In this document: positions 52,001-64,000 of the stretch, piece after piece
How positions within the stretch are numbered: position 1 is the stretch's first letter
Layout: each line of letters opens with the position of its first letter
Source: Pavona decussata
Lineage: Eukaryota
Direction of reading: 5' to 3'
DNA length: 64,000 bases
Assembly (NCBI GenBank): GCA_977016875.1
Contig: CDRNST010000274.1
Coordinates: 1,116,001-1,180,000, forward strand
Translations under genes and position numbers: made by a program
Notes under the pieces: model-generated
What the model saw: the letters and a program-made list of their open reading frames with translations, nothing else
What the model was told of the DNA's origin: nothing
Databases searched by the model: none

Positions 52001-55000
52001 TTTCACCAGTGTGACCCGGACTTTGCGTTTCATGTGGATCGAGTCTGTTGTTGGTTCTCGTCCTTGCTCTGAGAGGTTTTTTCTGGGTACCACCGGTTTT
52101 CCTTTCTGCTCAAAAACCAACATTTCCAAATTCCGATTTGATCCAGAATTTAAGGCCTAGATGAAAATTACTCGTGTTTAAAATTCTAGCTACCCTATCT
52201 ATGTGTCTATAGTGGCCAGCATCTGATTTCGCAATGGGTAAATGTACCAGTTGCCAGATCATTTTTGGTGCGGTGGATTGGTCAGCACATCATTATTCAA
52301 TAAATTACTAGTAGACTAGACAGGCTTATGGTAGATTCTAGACGCATATTGTTTTGTCGAGAGTTAAATTCTCAAACTGATATTAACATAAGAAAATGTG
52401 TTGAGGATATGAATATGGAGTATGTATTACCTGTGTAATACTTTAATGGGTTGTGTACTCTTTAAAATACATCTGCAATATATATAAGGTGTTTTTCTTG
52501 ACCTGTGCATCACCATTAATAAATTAAGTTTTGAAGAAGTAATAGTTTTCGTCGGGCATTGAAAATGTTTTGAAAGTTCAGACGCTTCAAGACTACTGTC
52601 TCTTCGTCAGTGAAATGAGAACATTTACAAAATTTTCAGCGCCCAACGCAAACTATTGTACATGTACTTCTTCAAAACTAAATTCTTGAATTTATAGTTC
52701 GTCAGGAATTCTGGATGACGACACATTTGACGAGTATGCAGTGATTATTTATATGGCTGTGCTGAGAAGGAAGGTATTAGCATTAATAATGATTGATATT
52801 ATATTGACTGTCACAATGACTATGACAATGCTAATGGAGGGGTAATGCAAATGATAAATGATAGTGCGTCTCTTTTTTTTTATAATTGAACGTCGTTACG
52901 TAAGTAATTTCGCGTTTGTTTTGGTTTTGCTTTACTTAACTAACAATTTCTCTGTGATTGGTTAGCAAACTTTGCGCCACTATCTGAACCAATGAGAAAT
53001 AAAACCAAAACAATCGTGTCACACGCCTTTTCCCGCGTTTGGCACCGGTTTCATGTATTTGCTTCGAATTTTCATTGGTCCATTGCACTGTTTGTGTTAG
53101 TTCTGATTGGTTGGTGTTTAATGGCTTCAAATGACAAGCAGAAAATTAATCCTCGCTTTACGACCGGGTAATAATAGAGTGTAATGAAGTGTTATAGCTC
53201 GGACGCTCCCTCGCGGTCTCCCCTCCCTGATGTATATTTATCGATTCCCCCACGAGGGTGCAAGGTCATCATAACCCATTTATTTCGTTATAATAATAAT
53301 GTTCACTGTTCAGGCATCAACTTGATGCAACGTCATCACCCGTCATTACCCGTTTAGTCCGTGCGCGCTCTGTTTAGGCAAAGTCGAGATTCCATCCGGT
53401 ATACGAACTGCATGAATACTTCAACTGTAATTACTCGTGACCTGTACTTTTCAACCGTAAGTGCTATTAGGCGGGGTCTCCAAGGATTCCTCTTCGACTG
53501 CGGGGGCAATAAACAAAAGCATTTCCACCTTAAGGTCGTCAGGTTTTTAAAAGCAACAATTAAGACATAGCCCGTGAACAGACTCCCAAGTGGGGTATAG
53601 GGCTAAAAGAAAAATAGGCGAGCCGGGCGAGCGGATCGCGGCATGGGGGCGAGAAGGAAACGAGCTCGATTTTTGTCTTCGCCCTATATCCCACTTGGGA
53701 GCCTGTTCACAGGCTATTAAGACATAATCTCTCCCTCTACTTTTGTATTACCTGCTACGATGACTACAGCTGATAAGATTCTGAAAGTGGATGTACCTGA
53801 AAGGAACGAAAGCTACAAACCTCCCGTTTGCAATACGCCACTTGGCAGTCGTGTCCAATACTTGGGAACTTAAGCAACGACGACGGCAACGACAACAACG
53901 CAAAACAACAATCTCTCTGCACGCGCGTTTTAAAAATTTGGTACATTTCCTTGCCGTCCTTTGCAAAACAACAACGTGAAATAACCAGATTAAAGGTTTT
54001 TGGGAGAACGTGAACACACGAGGGGGAATTTTTTCATTCTCTTTCTTAACTTGAACGCCACCAGCTCCTACGAAATTGGTTCCTGGGTACATGTAGTTCG
54101 TCGTTTCTGTAGAAGTTGAACAAGTTGAAATAATCGCGAAGTAGCACAAATGATATAAATGTCTATTATCAAGTGACGTTTTCGTTGACGTTGCCGTCTT
54201 GCATTCGTAAGTTCCCTAGTTCCCTACATTCGCCCTGATAAGAGTCGAAAAACTGGTCAAAGTCCTTCCCTTCATATCGACAAAATGAGACAACCCTTGA
54301 AGTGTTTGTCGATCTGCCTTCGTTTTCAAGCTTAATTTTCTATTTTCACTTAGATCTGTGCAATGAAGGGCGAGGAACCTATCAAAGGTGGAGTTAGACC
54401 CGAGCCGTCGCCTTCCAAACCAAGAAATCAAACAAATGGCGACACTTCACTGAATTATTCTCCGAGCAAGTTTCCACACAACAAGTCTTCGCTTGTAGAC
54501 TCGCCTTGTGAGTATTAAAACTCTATTTTGTCTCATTTATATGGCTGCTAGCTGTACGTTAAGTTTAGTTTTAGTTTAGCGTGTAGTATTGTTAGCTTGA
54601 TATTGTTGGTCCTTGTTTGTCCCCCTGTAGCTCGTCTTGACCGAGGAATTGTGTTGAGGCATTTGTCATTTTAAATAGCGAAAAAATATATTTGTATCGC
54701 CGGATGGAAACGTTAAAATTATTGTCCAACTTTGTTAAAAATAACCCTACTAGTACACAGAAACTAGTATCAGTCATTTTTGTCTGCGGATGGCTAGGAT
54801 GGAAGTGGATTGCAACTTGAAAAAAGATTTTTTGAAAAAAGAAGTTCCTCCTGTGAGTTTTGTAGCCATAACCAACCACAGGAAAGCTGGTCAAGCAATC
54901 AGGAAAGCGCGCTTGCCATTTTTCCCGCCCTTTCTGTGCTGCTACGTTTGGACCTCCAACCCACCCCCTCCACCCCGACAAAATGGTTTTGTTTTCTTTT

Positions 55001-58000
55001 GTGTTTGTATATAGTTTACGAAAATTAAAGATTCGAAAATACAAAGATATTACACGTTGGCCAGAACGCAAATTTTCAAATGTATTGGATAACAAAGAGA
55101 GCAAATTATGGTTTGCTTTTGGTGATTAACAAACAAACTCTCAATTGGTCTCAATGGATTGTTTTTCTTCGCCTTTGTAGATGACTGAAACAATCTTGCT
55201 AAAACTAACAAACCACCGCCCAGATTCGAAGTAGCCTGAGAAAGCACGTCTGCTCTCACAGGCTAGATTCGAAGAAAAGGCTGTGAACAGGCTCTCAAGT
55301 GGGGTTTAGGGCGAAGAGAAAAACCAAGCTCGGTGTGGTGAGCGAAAAATCCGTCCCTTTCGTTCTCGTCCCCAGACCACGCTCTGCTCATTCCGCTCCT
55401 CTCTCCGTTCCCCACGTTGGGAGCCTGTTCACAGGCTATAAATTATATTATAAACTGTACTCGAAATTATAGTCCCAGAGGGTAATAGTCTTTCATGACA
55501 ACGTGATCCAATTCAATGAAATTAGAGGTTGCAACAAGGTTCGAAAAAGAGTTTCGAGTACAAGGAAACTAAGCCTTACGTGAAAATAAAAGGCGTTTAG
55601 TCCCCCTAACCTTGTGGCCCGGGAGCTTATTTTAAACCCGTATTGTCTTTTCTTTCTCTGTTAGTGTCTCCTAAATCCTTGAGAAATCTTGTTGATCAAC
55701 ACACCAAGTCTCATGCAGCGATTCAGGTAACACGACAAGGAGCTTCCTTAGTTTATAAGCATTGTCAGATACTTTTACCATCTCTAACTTACTTTTTAAA
55801 ATCTCGCGTTCAAAATCTCTGTTAGTGTTTCGAACTTCTTAACGACGATGCTTCCTGATGCAGAGGTATTTGTGCGCGATTTATGAAGCAACAATAATTC
55901 TAAAACCTTTTTAAATGCATAGCAATGAAAATAATTTCTTCCAATTTGAAGTTTAATGCGCAGAACGTATGCGTAGTAGCTAAAGAAAGTATTGTCCTGA
56001 AGCTAGCCTTATTGAAAGATCCAACAAACAAACAAGAAAACAACGACAACAGCAAAAGCAAACAAACAAACAAACAAACCTGAGTAAGTTGCTTTTGCAA
56101 AGTTCAAGATCAGAGCAAAACTCTGCATCATTTAAAGCAGGGTCAGTTATTAAAAGACAGTTTAAACGGTGTTTAACAATACCACGAACTTCAAGTTATT
56201 TTAAATTTTGCCAACAGTCATACCTAAACATTGGCTGCTGCTGACGGCAACAAGAAGGCTTGCATCCCAGACTAAAAAACTATTTATCTACTTAAAATAA
56301 ACCACCACTTATAAACAGATTGGGATGCCTAAATTTCGTTACCATAAGAAATATTGATCTAAAATGGATTACTTCCCAAAAGTCACTGAGATCGCAATAC
56401 CTTTGTATCACTGTGAAAAACCAATTGCCTCCAATAACATTTTTAAGTCTTCGTCCAACTCTAGGGTAACTCTTGGCCAGCGTTAAGTTCACCGTTGTTA
56501 TAGAAGTTCAAACGAGCCGATTAACTCGGACATTTTCTCAGTCTCTTTGGAAAAACAAAAGGGCAAAAAGAAGACTGAGAGAAATTAACTTTACTATAAA
56601 ATGTGTTCATGTAAAACGCATATGATGTGTATTTGTTTTATTTTTTTGTTTGTTTCAATGTATTTTATTGGTGGCGAAATAAAACAAAAGTGAAAATGAA
56701 AAACATGTTGCCTGCACAATAACGTTATCACATGTTTTTCATTTTCACTTTTGTTTTATTTCGCCACCAATAAAATACATTGAAACAAACAAACAAAAAA
56801 AAAACCAAATACACATCATATGCGTTTTACATGAACACATCGTTGCCAGTTACCGCTGGCTATGCAAATTCTTTTCGGAGGCGTTGTAAAGAGACTTAGG
56901 TCGTGAATCCAAGGTGTCCAGTTTTGGATATCATCCAAAGAATCCCTTGGTATGGATCATACCTATTGTTAATCCGGTTATGGATGTTTGCAAAGAAACA
57001 CAAAAATCCGGGTTTAGATTGAAAAACGATAGAAGTCTTTGCACAGCCAGCATCTCGTTTGTTTTTCTATTTTTGGATCAAAATATACTAAAATAGCTTT
57101 AGCGAGCACTTAAAACAGGCGTTAGCAATTACAGTCATCTGATATGACTGTGCTCTTACAATTTACAACCCACGCCCCTTCAAGCCCCAGTTAACCCTTT
57201 AACACCTAGAATATCAAAGAACAAATTCTCCTGTCTTGTCCCCATACTTTTCTTGTAAAAGTACTTGGGAGATGTTATTAAAATATCAAGAAAATTCACC
57301 TTGGACCGTGATCATATCCTTAATTCTCATGACCTCAAGGGTTGAATAAGCATTGATATTACAAGGAGAAATTTGATGCTGATCACTGTGTCACAAATAT
57401 CTCAGAAGGGCAAACAATCATAATTGGTAACTAGAGAACTTGCAAAATTTTCACTGCCAGCTCTGAAACGATTTTTTTTAAACGAATAAGCAGCCGAGAA
57501 ATGTGAATAACTGTCATTAGCTGGGATGACCTCAAATCATGATAGTTTAGCCAGGTGTGTGTCGAGATAATGACGGTCAAGAAATGGCAGAAGTTTCTTG
57601 CGGAAATTTAAATCCGGAGTCACGGAATCGCGAGTTGTTGAAACAGTTCCTTGCTAGTTCTTGTCCACGCTTGAGATTAGGAAGAAAAACGTGGAAGGAT
57701 TGAGTTCGCCTGAAGGTAGCGACTTACAAGGTACTCTTCACAGGTAACCCAAGCTCATACTGAGAGGTGTAGTGACTATGTATAAGACTTTGTATAAGAA
57801 TTCAATGAATACAGATTTACAGCTAAAACTACAAACAGAGGATTGATATGCAAAACATAACATAACATGACACATTCTTGTTGGGGCTTGTTTGAAACCT
57901 TTCCGTTGCGGGAAAAAAAAACGCTGAAGAAAAGGCTGAATTTTTTCAAAACACGCCACTAGAACTTTCGTTTCAATAGTCACACTTTGGCGTTTCGAAT

Positions 58001-61000
58001 TTGAATAATGTAGGCCCTATAAGTAATATTCACAAGTTAAGGTTTCGTTGGTGCATCATTCACGGATTCAAAGCCTATAGACCCAGTGTTTTGCCATCAA
58101 AGTTTGACTTTGTCAACGACAAGGTCAAGCGATTATGGCATTGAAATGAAAACTTACTGAAAGGGCCTTTAATCCCAGCCCAGTTGCACGCAAACACCGT
58201 AGATGGTAGGGGAACGATGATTTTTGTTCGTAAATTATTCGCATTTTAGTCGTAGAGTATGCATTGATAACACATCTTGTAATTTATTAAGTCTCACAGC
58301 ATGAGCTTGGTCAAGCTGTGGCTTCTCTACTCACCGAAGCGTCTCCAAATTAATATCTTTTGCAAAACAATACTCTTTATTTCTTGCATATCATATGCTG
58401 TTAATTACAGGTAATTCAGTTACAAGGCAATTTTGTGATGACGCATTTTCAAGTGAAAAAAGCCGAACGCTTTTAACTCTTGAGTTTGTGATGGTAATGC
58501 GAATGAAAGCTCTCTCGTACAGTACAATCATGACCGATCGAAGGGTATACTTTTCATTGTTGCTGGTTGTTTTTTATTAATTAATTTAAAATCAATTGTT
58601 TTAGCGATGTGATCGGATTTTGAGGTATTTTGTTCATTTGAAACGCGGATTCTTCTGGTAGGAAATGTTTTTGGACGGCTTTCAAATTGCAAGTTCCTTT
58701 TACGCCATTGTACTCCCCGGGTGTATTCGGATGAATAAACCTCGTCTTTGTTTTATCCATGAAACGCTTCACTGCAAACCTTTGCGATTTCAATAAATTT
58801 TAGAACCGGCATTCCTTGGGCACTGTTGTTTGGTTATTGTCTGCGAACGGCTCGCCACTTTTAGCACAAATGGAGAGCGATTTTGCATGTGATTGAAAGA
58901 TTCATCGAGGTATTTTCCAAGGCACAGTTTTATTTGTTCATTAGTGGTATGCTTCACCTAGGTAAGCGATAAAATCGAGTTCTGCTTCACACCTACGAGC
59001 AAACCGTTCCCGTTTTAAGTGTTACTGATGGAATAATATTAATGTGGTTTTAATGTGGTTTTAACTTTTGTGTCTCAGTTTAGATGAAGTACTTGTGCCT
59101 ATGCATATTTAGCTCATTTTGCAGTGCTTTCCTGTGGTGGTGTTTACTCTGTTACACAGGGTTGTTCAAACTTTTGAGTCACGATGAAACCGTTAAGTGT
59201 AAGCCGCTTTGAAATGAAAGCCATTGACCAATCCTTAATTCCTGTTGCTTTGTTTATAATGCCACAAAATGTGGTACTATCAAACTTTTGTGTCCACCAG
59301 TGAAGTCTGTACTGTTGAGAAGACCTTTCCTGTTCTTTTGTTGAAATGATTAGATCTATACTTCTTGTTATTGGCGCTGATACATGTACTTCATGGACTG
59401 GCCATTTTGACATGTGAAGAAGGACTTCAATTGAGAAAGTTCGCGAATGCTCTAACGTTACGTTTATATCGACACGTTAATGTTTTGGATGTTCATATGT
59501 TTTACACCAAAGCAAGTGTTCGTCGGCTTTTGTAATGAGTTCTCATTCAAGTCAAATATTGCACTGTGGTGTAAACCTTTCGAGATATGTGCCTTTAAAT
59601 TTAATATCGATGAGTTTAATCACGCCATGTAAGTTTTCCCACTAGGAAAAGAAAATAAGTAATAATTGACTCGACGAAACGCACTACAAATCTAACACGC
59701 AGATTTACTTCTTACAAACTCATCTATCACCTAAACTTTCACGACAGTAAAACTGTCGAAGAGCCATATCTGCTTGATTTTTGTTTTGTTTAACGAGTAG
59801 TCTCTTGGCTATCAATATAACTTGATTTACGTGATAAGTATTTAATCTGCTACCAAAGCATTGTGGCATCTAATTATATGTTCTCTTTCCCTCACGAAGG
59901 CTTTACAAGAACGAATACAAGCTGTGTCGAATCAGGCGAGCACTCCACGATTACAAAAGGTAATTGTAGTTTATTGCTAACCTGCTGTGACATGCAGATG
60001 CTTTGAGATTGTTTGAAAATCCTTTGGGTCTGCTGATTATCGGTCATAAATAATTTTAAACCCATATAGTTACTAAGAGTGTCAGTATAAAATCGGCAAA
60101 TGCTATGAACTTTCCACATGGTAAAAAATTGGTGAAAAACTAGTATTGCCGACGGAGGGAAAATTTTACTCAATAGCTTCGTTCCATTTGAGTCGCCAGT
60201 CCAAAGATGTTATCTGCAGACGCAATCGTTAGAACCTCCTTGTATTTCGTTAAGTAATTTTTTATGGTTGTACTTAGTTTCAATGGCTAAAAAACAGGAT
60301 ATAGAACCACATGGTACAACGCAATATACATCGCCACATGAACCTTCTGTTCGGTAGATTTCATTAGAGTGGTGAAACGAAAGGATTTCATCCTCATGCT
60401 CGAAAATACATCACAAGTATTTTTTTAAATGGCTTTAACTGAAATGCCTAATTGCACATTCCTACCAAATCAAGAGCAATATTAGCTTTCACTTTATGTG
60501 TTTTTGCTTTATAAAACCCTGCCAGTCTAAGCACATTTCGTGCATATAATTGTAGTCTGGTTTTCGTTTGCTTTCGAAGTAGTTAACTCCTGAACAAAGA
60601 TTAAATCGTGAGAATTATTGAACAAACTCTGACCCTGCAGTTGAGACAATGTGTTAGTCCCATTCGTTCTCGTTCTAGTTTGTTTTTTAGTGCATTGTTC
60701 TATTGAATGGTCAGTCTTATTAGAATTTCTCCAAGAGTTTTTTGCTATTAATAGCAAAGTTATGATGAAGAGAAAATGATTTTTCTCTGATTGACGATCT
60801 TTTTAAGCACTCTTAGCGTGCAGGTGGGCGATTTAACACACCGTGAGAAAATATTGATCTCCTTGGTCGCTTCCGCTGCTCAGTTCGTTTTAATTATTAA
60901 CTATGTACGAAACACGTTCTTCCTGGTTATAAACTGAAGCAAACCCAACAGAGCACAAAATATGAAACATGGCCCTTCGCTGTGTGAAATCCTGGTCGCT

Positions 61001-64000
61001 TGTTAAAAGTTAAGACGTGCAGGAAGGTGAATCAATTAGTTACGGAGGTTGCTGTGAACAAAACTCTGAGATTGTGGCCATAATTAGGTATACAATTATG
61101 TTTTCTCATACCCTGCATGTTACATATTATATAGCCTTGGGGATATTGCTTGGCACGTTTTTATTGAGGAGTATTTCTGTCACAGCCGACAGTATGTTGT
61201 GTTCGTTCTACGTAAAATCCTAAAATGCATTCAAAAAAAGTAATTAAATTATAGTACTTGCGGTGCTATTTATTATATACTTACAAAGTGTACAGACTGA
61301 CAGAATCCTAAAGTGTAGGGAATGAATTAAAACTCATTGTTAGACTGGTGCCATTTTTATTAATTCTGGTTTGTAATTAGAATTATTGCTAGTTTGAACA
61401 TGATTACTTAAGTGTGGTATGCTTTCTTGTGGTGCTTTTTGTTGTGTTTCACAACGTGATTCGAAGTGTTCACCGTCATTTAAATGTAGCCATCCCTTTA
61501 TTTAGAGTAAAGTTGTTTTAAGTTCTGCTCACATCATTACGTCTGTAAATAAAATCGTGAACTGTGACCAAATTAAATCTAAGGATCAACACATTCCTCT
61601 GGTACCATGTGATTTTAATGTTTGAGTCTGAGGTAACATCATGAATCATAACTCCTCTAATAGAGTTACTGGGCGCAGGGCAGAATTTCCTGCAGGGTTG
61701 TTTATTATGATGTACAAGGTAGTTCTTGAATTTAATAGCGTGGATAATTAAAATCTTATAGTGTGACGAAATGAAATCTACTGGAATCAAGGACTGGCTG
61801 AAACACAGTAAAGATAGCAATTTAATGTTTCAACCAGCGAATATATCGTCTGCCTTTCACTGATGGAATATCATTCCTCTGTTTGTAACGAAACGCTTCT
61901 GAGTAGTACTATCTTGTAGTATAGGGCAGCTCTTTGAGAAAGAATGTCCAATGTATTTGTCACGATTCTCAATTAAGAGAGGTCTGGGGGTATGATGCTT
62001 CACAATAGACCTTAAACAGGTCAGATTTTGGTGGAAGTGAAGGATAAACTGGAAGAATTAAAAGGGTCATTAGTGACTGTGATATTGCTATATGGATTAA
62101 TTGAATAAGCGTTAACGTTTAAGTTGGCTTGACAGAATTGCCGTCTTTCATTTGTCATAAAAAGAATTCAGTTGTACAATTTGCTTTCTGAAACAGCCGT
62201 GTAGCACTTTTCCCACTGTTTTATAGCATTTTTTTTTTTTTTAATAAATCTCGGTTTGTTTAACTTTCCCCAGTTGATATCGAATAATGTCGTAGTTGAT
62301 ATTGCTTGTCGCGAATTCTCTCACAGTGGTCCAGCTACGTGTATGTAAAACTTCCTGCTTCGTTTATGAAACGTGAAACGTCGTTTTTGACTCGAGCTAA
62401 GAATGTCTGGTCTTAAAGAAATTCGTGTAAGGAAAAGCACTGTCATTCGGGTTCATATGAGGAAAATAAAATCAAAGCAGAAAACCGAAGTAAAACCGGC
62501 CAAACCGCAATACGAATTTAAGGAGCATCAAACCGTCTTAAAATCACATTATTTCAGGTTCCACAACTGCTGAACGAGATTAAAAATTCGTCGTGCTTTC
62601 CTCGTCTTATCTGAACACAAGATTTCTTTTCTGTCTTTATACACGAGGTTTTCGTCTGACTTTTCCGTCGGTCGAAAAATCGATGGACATTAGGCGACCA
62701 CAGCGAGAATGTCACAAACAAACGATAGTTTAATGAGCAGACCTGTGGCTTCTTACGTGCGTTGTAAATTTGGTGCATTACTTTGCCGTTGTCCACTGCG
62801 ATTGCAACGTGCAACAACCAATTTGAAGGATTCATAAAAATCGCGAACATGAGACGTTATATTTTTTTCCTATTTGAATTCCAACGTCAGAAATTAAAGG
62901 AGTTGGGATGATCGTGAAGCACGTTTTCTTTTTTCGAATATACCTGTGTTACTGACTGCAAACCTTTTCACCAGGATTAAAACAAAACATCACATTTCGT
63001 TCACAATTGTGAATTACTTTAGAAGATCCCCAATACATTTTTCAAGTGGTGTTTTCCATTGTAGTTGCCGAAGATCTGTAAGGGGAACTGGTCATTACAA
63101 GTTTGTAAGAAGAGGACCCACCTTGTCTGGAGAACACACTACCTGTCTCATGAACATTACCAACAAACTTTTATTGGCTTTAAAATTTGAGTTTACAGAG
63201 AAATATGCAGCTAGCAAGAGTCAACATTGCTTGATAAATTCGAAAATGAGGTTTGAATCTCATTGCCATCTTTTACTGCTGGATAGGAGGGTGGCTATGC
63301 GGTGAAGACTCCATTATAGAGGTTGAGGAAGGGGAAATGCAGGCAGAGACTACCATCTATTTTGTGATTTGGAGGGTGCTGTTTGAGTATAGTTGTTTTG
63401 ACCAAATCCCTAATTATATTGTAAATGTAGTGCAATGGGTTTAATCGTTTCATCACACAAGTCCTGGAGTCCTAAGATGAAGTCCTTATCTAATATACGG
63501 CTCGTCGGTGTCTTTAACTTATTTAGTTACTAAAAAACAATTTTATATTTCAGAAACTTCCAGAAAGCTTGCTGATTAAGGAAATGGCCCCGGCCCCCAC
63601 TGATGGTATGTCAACATCGACATCTACGACGGACGGGGATGTTGCCAACAAGACAACGGAGAGCTTTCCAATTGCAGTTATCCCAGCTGATCATAACGCC
63701 AACTTTTTAGCAGTTAATGAGGAAGAGGCCTTTCCTCTTCCACCAACTGATGATCGTTCTTCCCAGGGACTTTACACGAGTGTTGACAAGCAGTTTCTCG
63801 AGCTAATGTTGGATGCAGTTCAGAAGGGGTTCATGCCTCCCGAACTTGCTTCAACGAAGACGTGGTTGAACAGCGATGGCACGACGGTGGATATGGACGG
63901 TTCTGTACAGTTGGTGAACGCGGATGTGCCTTCCGCTGTTACAGATATCGATGGAACAAATGATGAGGACTTGGCAAAAGACCAAATCGAGGAAATGGCA
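45035..64000 (+). CDS. Tandem calponin-homology (CH1-CH2, actin-binding-domain-like) protein, 3'-incomplete; exons 45035-45073, 47140-47286, 47774-47864, 49211-49288, 49750-49861, 50492-50570, 51555-51631, 52698-52773, 54354-54507, 55665-55726, 63554->64000
   Basis: GT-AG exons in compatible phase give MALRRKLSGSPVE-VYKAWVNCCL..INDLAEDLKDGMALCQLIKLTTG..DIASGKLKFILDILWLIILHFEI (CH1 signature) and FLLEWC..FVQNGVLLTKLI..AEDQLGIPRAIL..DEYAVIIYMAVL (CH2 signature). These are followed by Pro/Ser-rich and acidic sequence. The last exon is open for 149 codons to the window end. The first exon and the link to the last exon are inferred from phase, and additional exons between 55.7 and 63.5 kb cannot be excluded. 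Confidence 0.85.
45953..46008. repeat. (AAT)n microsatellite
   Basis: Directly visible. Confidence 0.95.
48845..49155. repeat. (GAAT/GAAC)n tetranucleotide repeat containing an assembly gap (N 48875-49027)
   Basis: Directly visible on both sides of the N run. Confidence 0.9.
51970..52150 (+). mobile_element. tRNA-derived SINE in an intron of the CH gene
   Basis: An A-box-like head gggatggcgcagtagggagagc is followed by a typical SINE body (gttggttctcgtccttgctctgagaggtttt...ccggttttcc...ctcaaaaaccaacatttccaaattcc). Confidence 0.65.
53568..53716. mobile_element. Short TAGCC...GGCTA MITE with 8-bp TSD (related copy at ~55278-55439)
   Basis: tagcccgtgaacagactcccaagtgggg ... cccacttgggagcctgttcacaggcta, with TTAAGACA duplicated on both flanks. 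Confidence 0.8.
53862..54218. mobile_element. Second copy (opposite orientation) of the gggaacttaagcaacgacgacggc TIR repeat
   Basis: Inverted termini gggaactta..g/c..taagttccc. The internal tctttcttaacttgaacgcca...attggttcctgg is the reverse complement of 2066-2108. Confidence 0.7.
56601..56840. repeat. Palindrome with ~108-bp arms and ~20-bp spacer in an intron of the CH gene
   Basis: atgtgttcatgtaaaacgcatatgatgtgtatttg...gaaaatgaaaaacatg is mirrored by catgtttttcattttc...caaatacacatcatatgcgttttacatgaacacat; the arms differ only in the T/A-run region. Confidence 0.9.

Noticed and set aside
45035-52773. Calling the CH gene DIXDC1, filamin or alpha-actinin
   Set aside because: DIXDC1 has a single CH domain, and no filamin or spectrin repeats follow the CH pair in the visible sequence; no symbol assigned.
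57551-57703. Possible alternative terminal exon of the CH gene (PGVCRDNDGQ...TWKD*)
   Set aside because: Phase-compatible, but the acceptor lacks a polypyrimidine tract and there is no homology support.

Overview
Eukaryotic, intron-rich, AT-rich (visually) genomic window. The repeat families and the gene content suggest a cnidarian, probably a scleractinian coral (inference). The left two thirds hold a tandem, same-strand (minus) cluster of Wnt8-type genes that I could reconstruct exon by exon. It contains (A) a conventional-looking 5-exon Wnt8 (2987-11163) whose acylation hairpin reads CKCHGITGSC, with Thr in place of the canonical Ser, and (B) a 5-exon pseudogene (25031-29639) with two premature stops, a frameshift and a deleted index finger. 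It also contains (C) an intact but highly derived 5-exon paralog (31697-36476), and (D) an orphan, disabled copy of exon 1 and its upstream DNA (~41050-41275). Paralog C has lost the CKCHGxSGSC Porcupine hairpin motif, the WxWGGC motif and the WNC cysteine, but keeps the Frizzled-binding index finger and has gained an N-terminal Cys-Gly-Pro after the signal peptide. Head-to-head with the cluster, a plus-strand multi-exon gene (ATG 45035, running off the window end) encodes a tandem calponin-homology (CH-CH) domain followed by low-complexity sequence. The rest is introns and intergenic DNA with a decayed Ty3/Gypsy pol, tRNA-derived SINEs, many MITEs, long palindromes, a dispersed ~100-bp satellite-like repeat and two assembly gaps. 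The most interesting candidate system is the divergent Wnt8 paralog lineage (B/C/D), which may represent a Porcupine-independent Wnt with a different or absent lipid modification.
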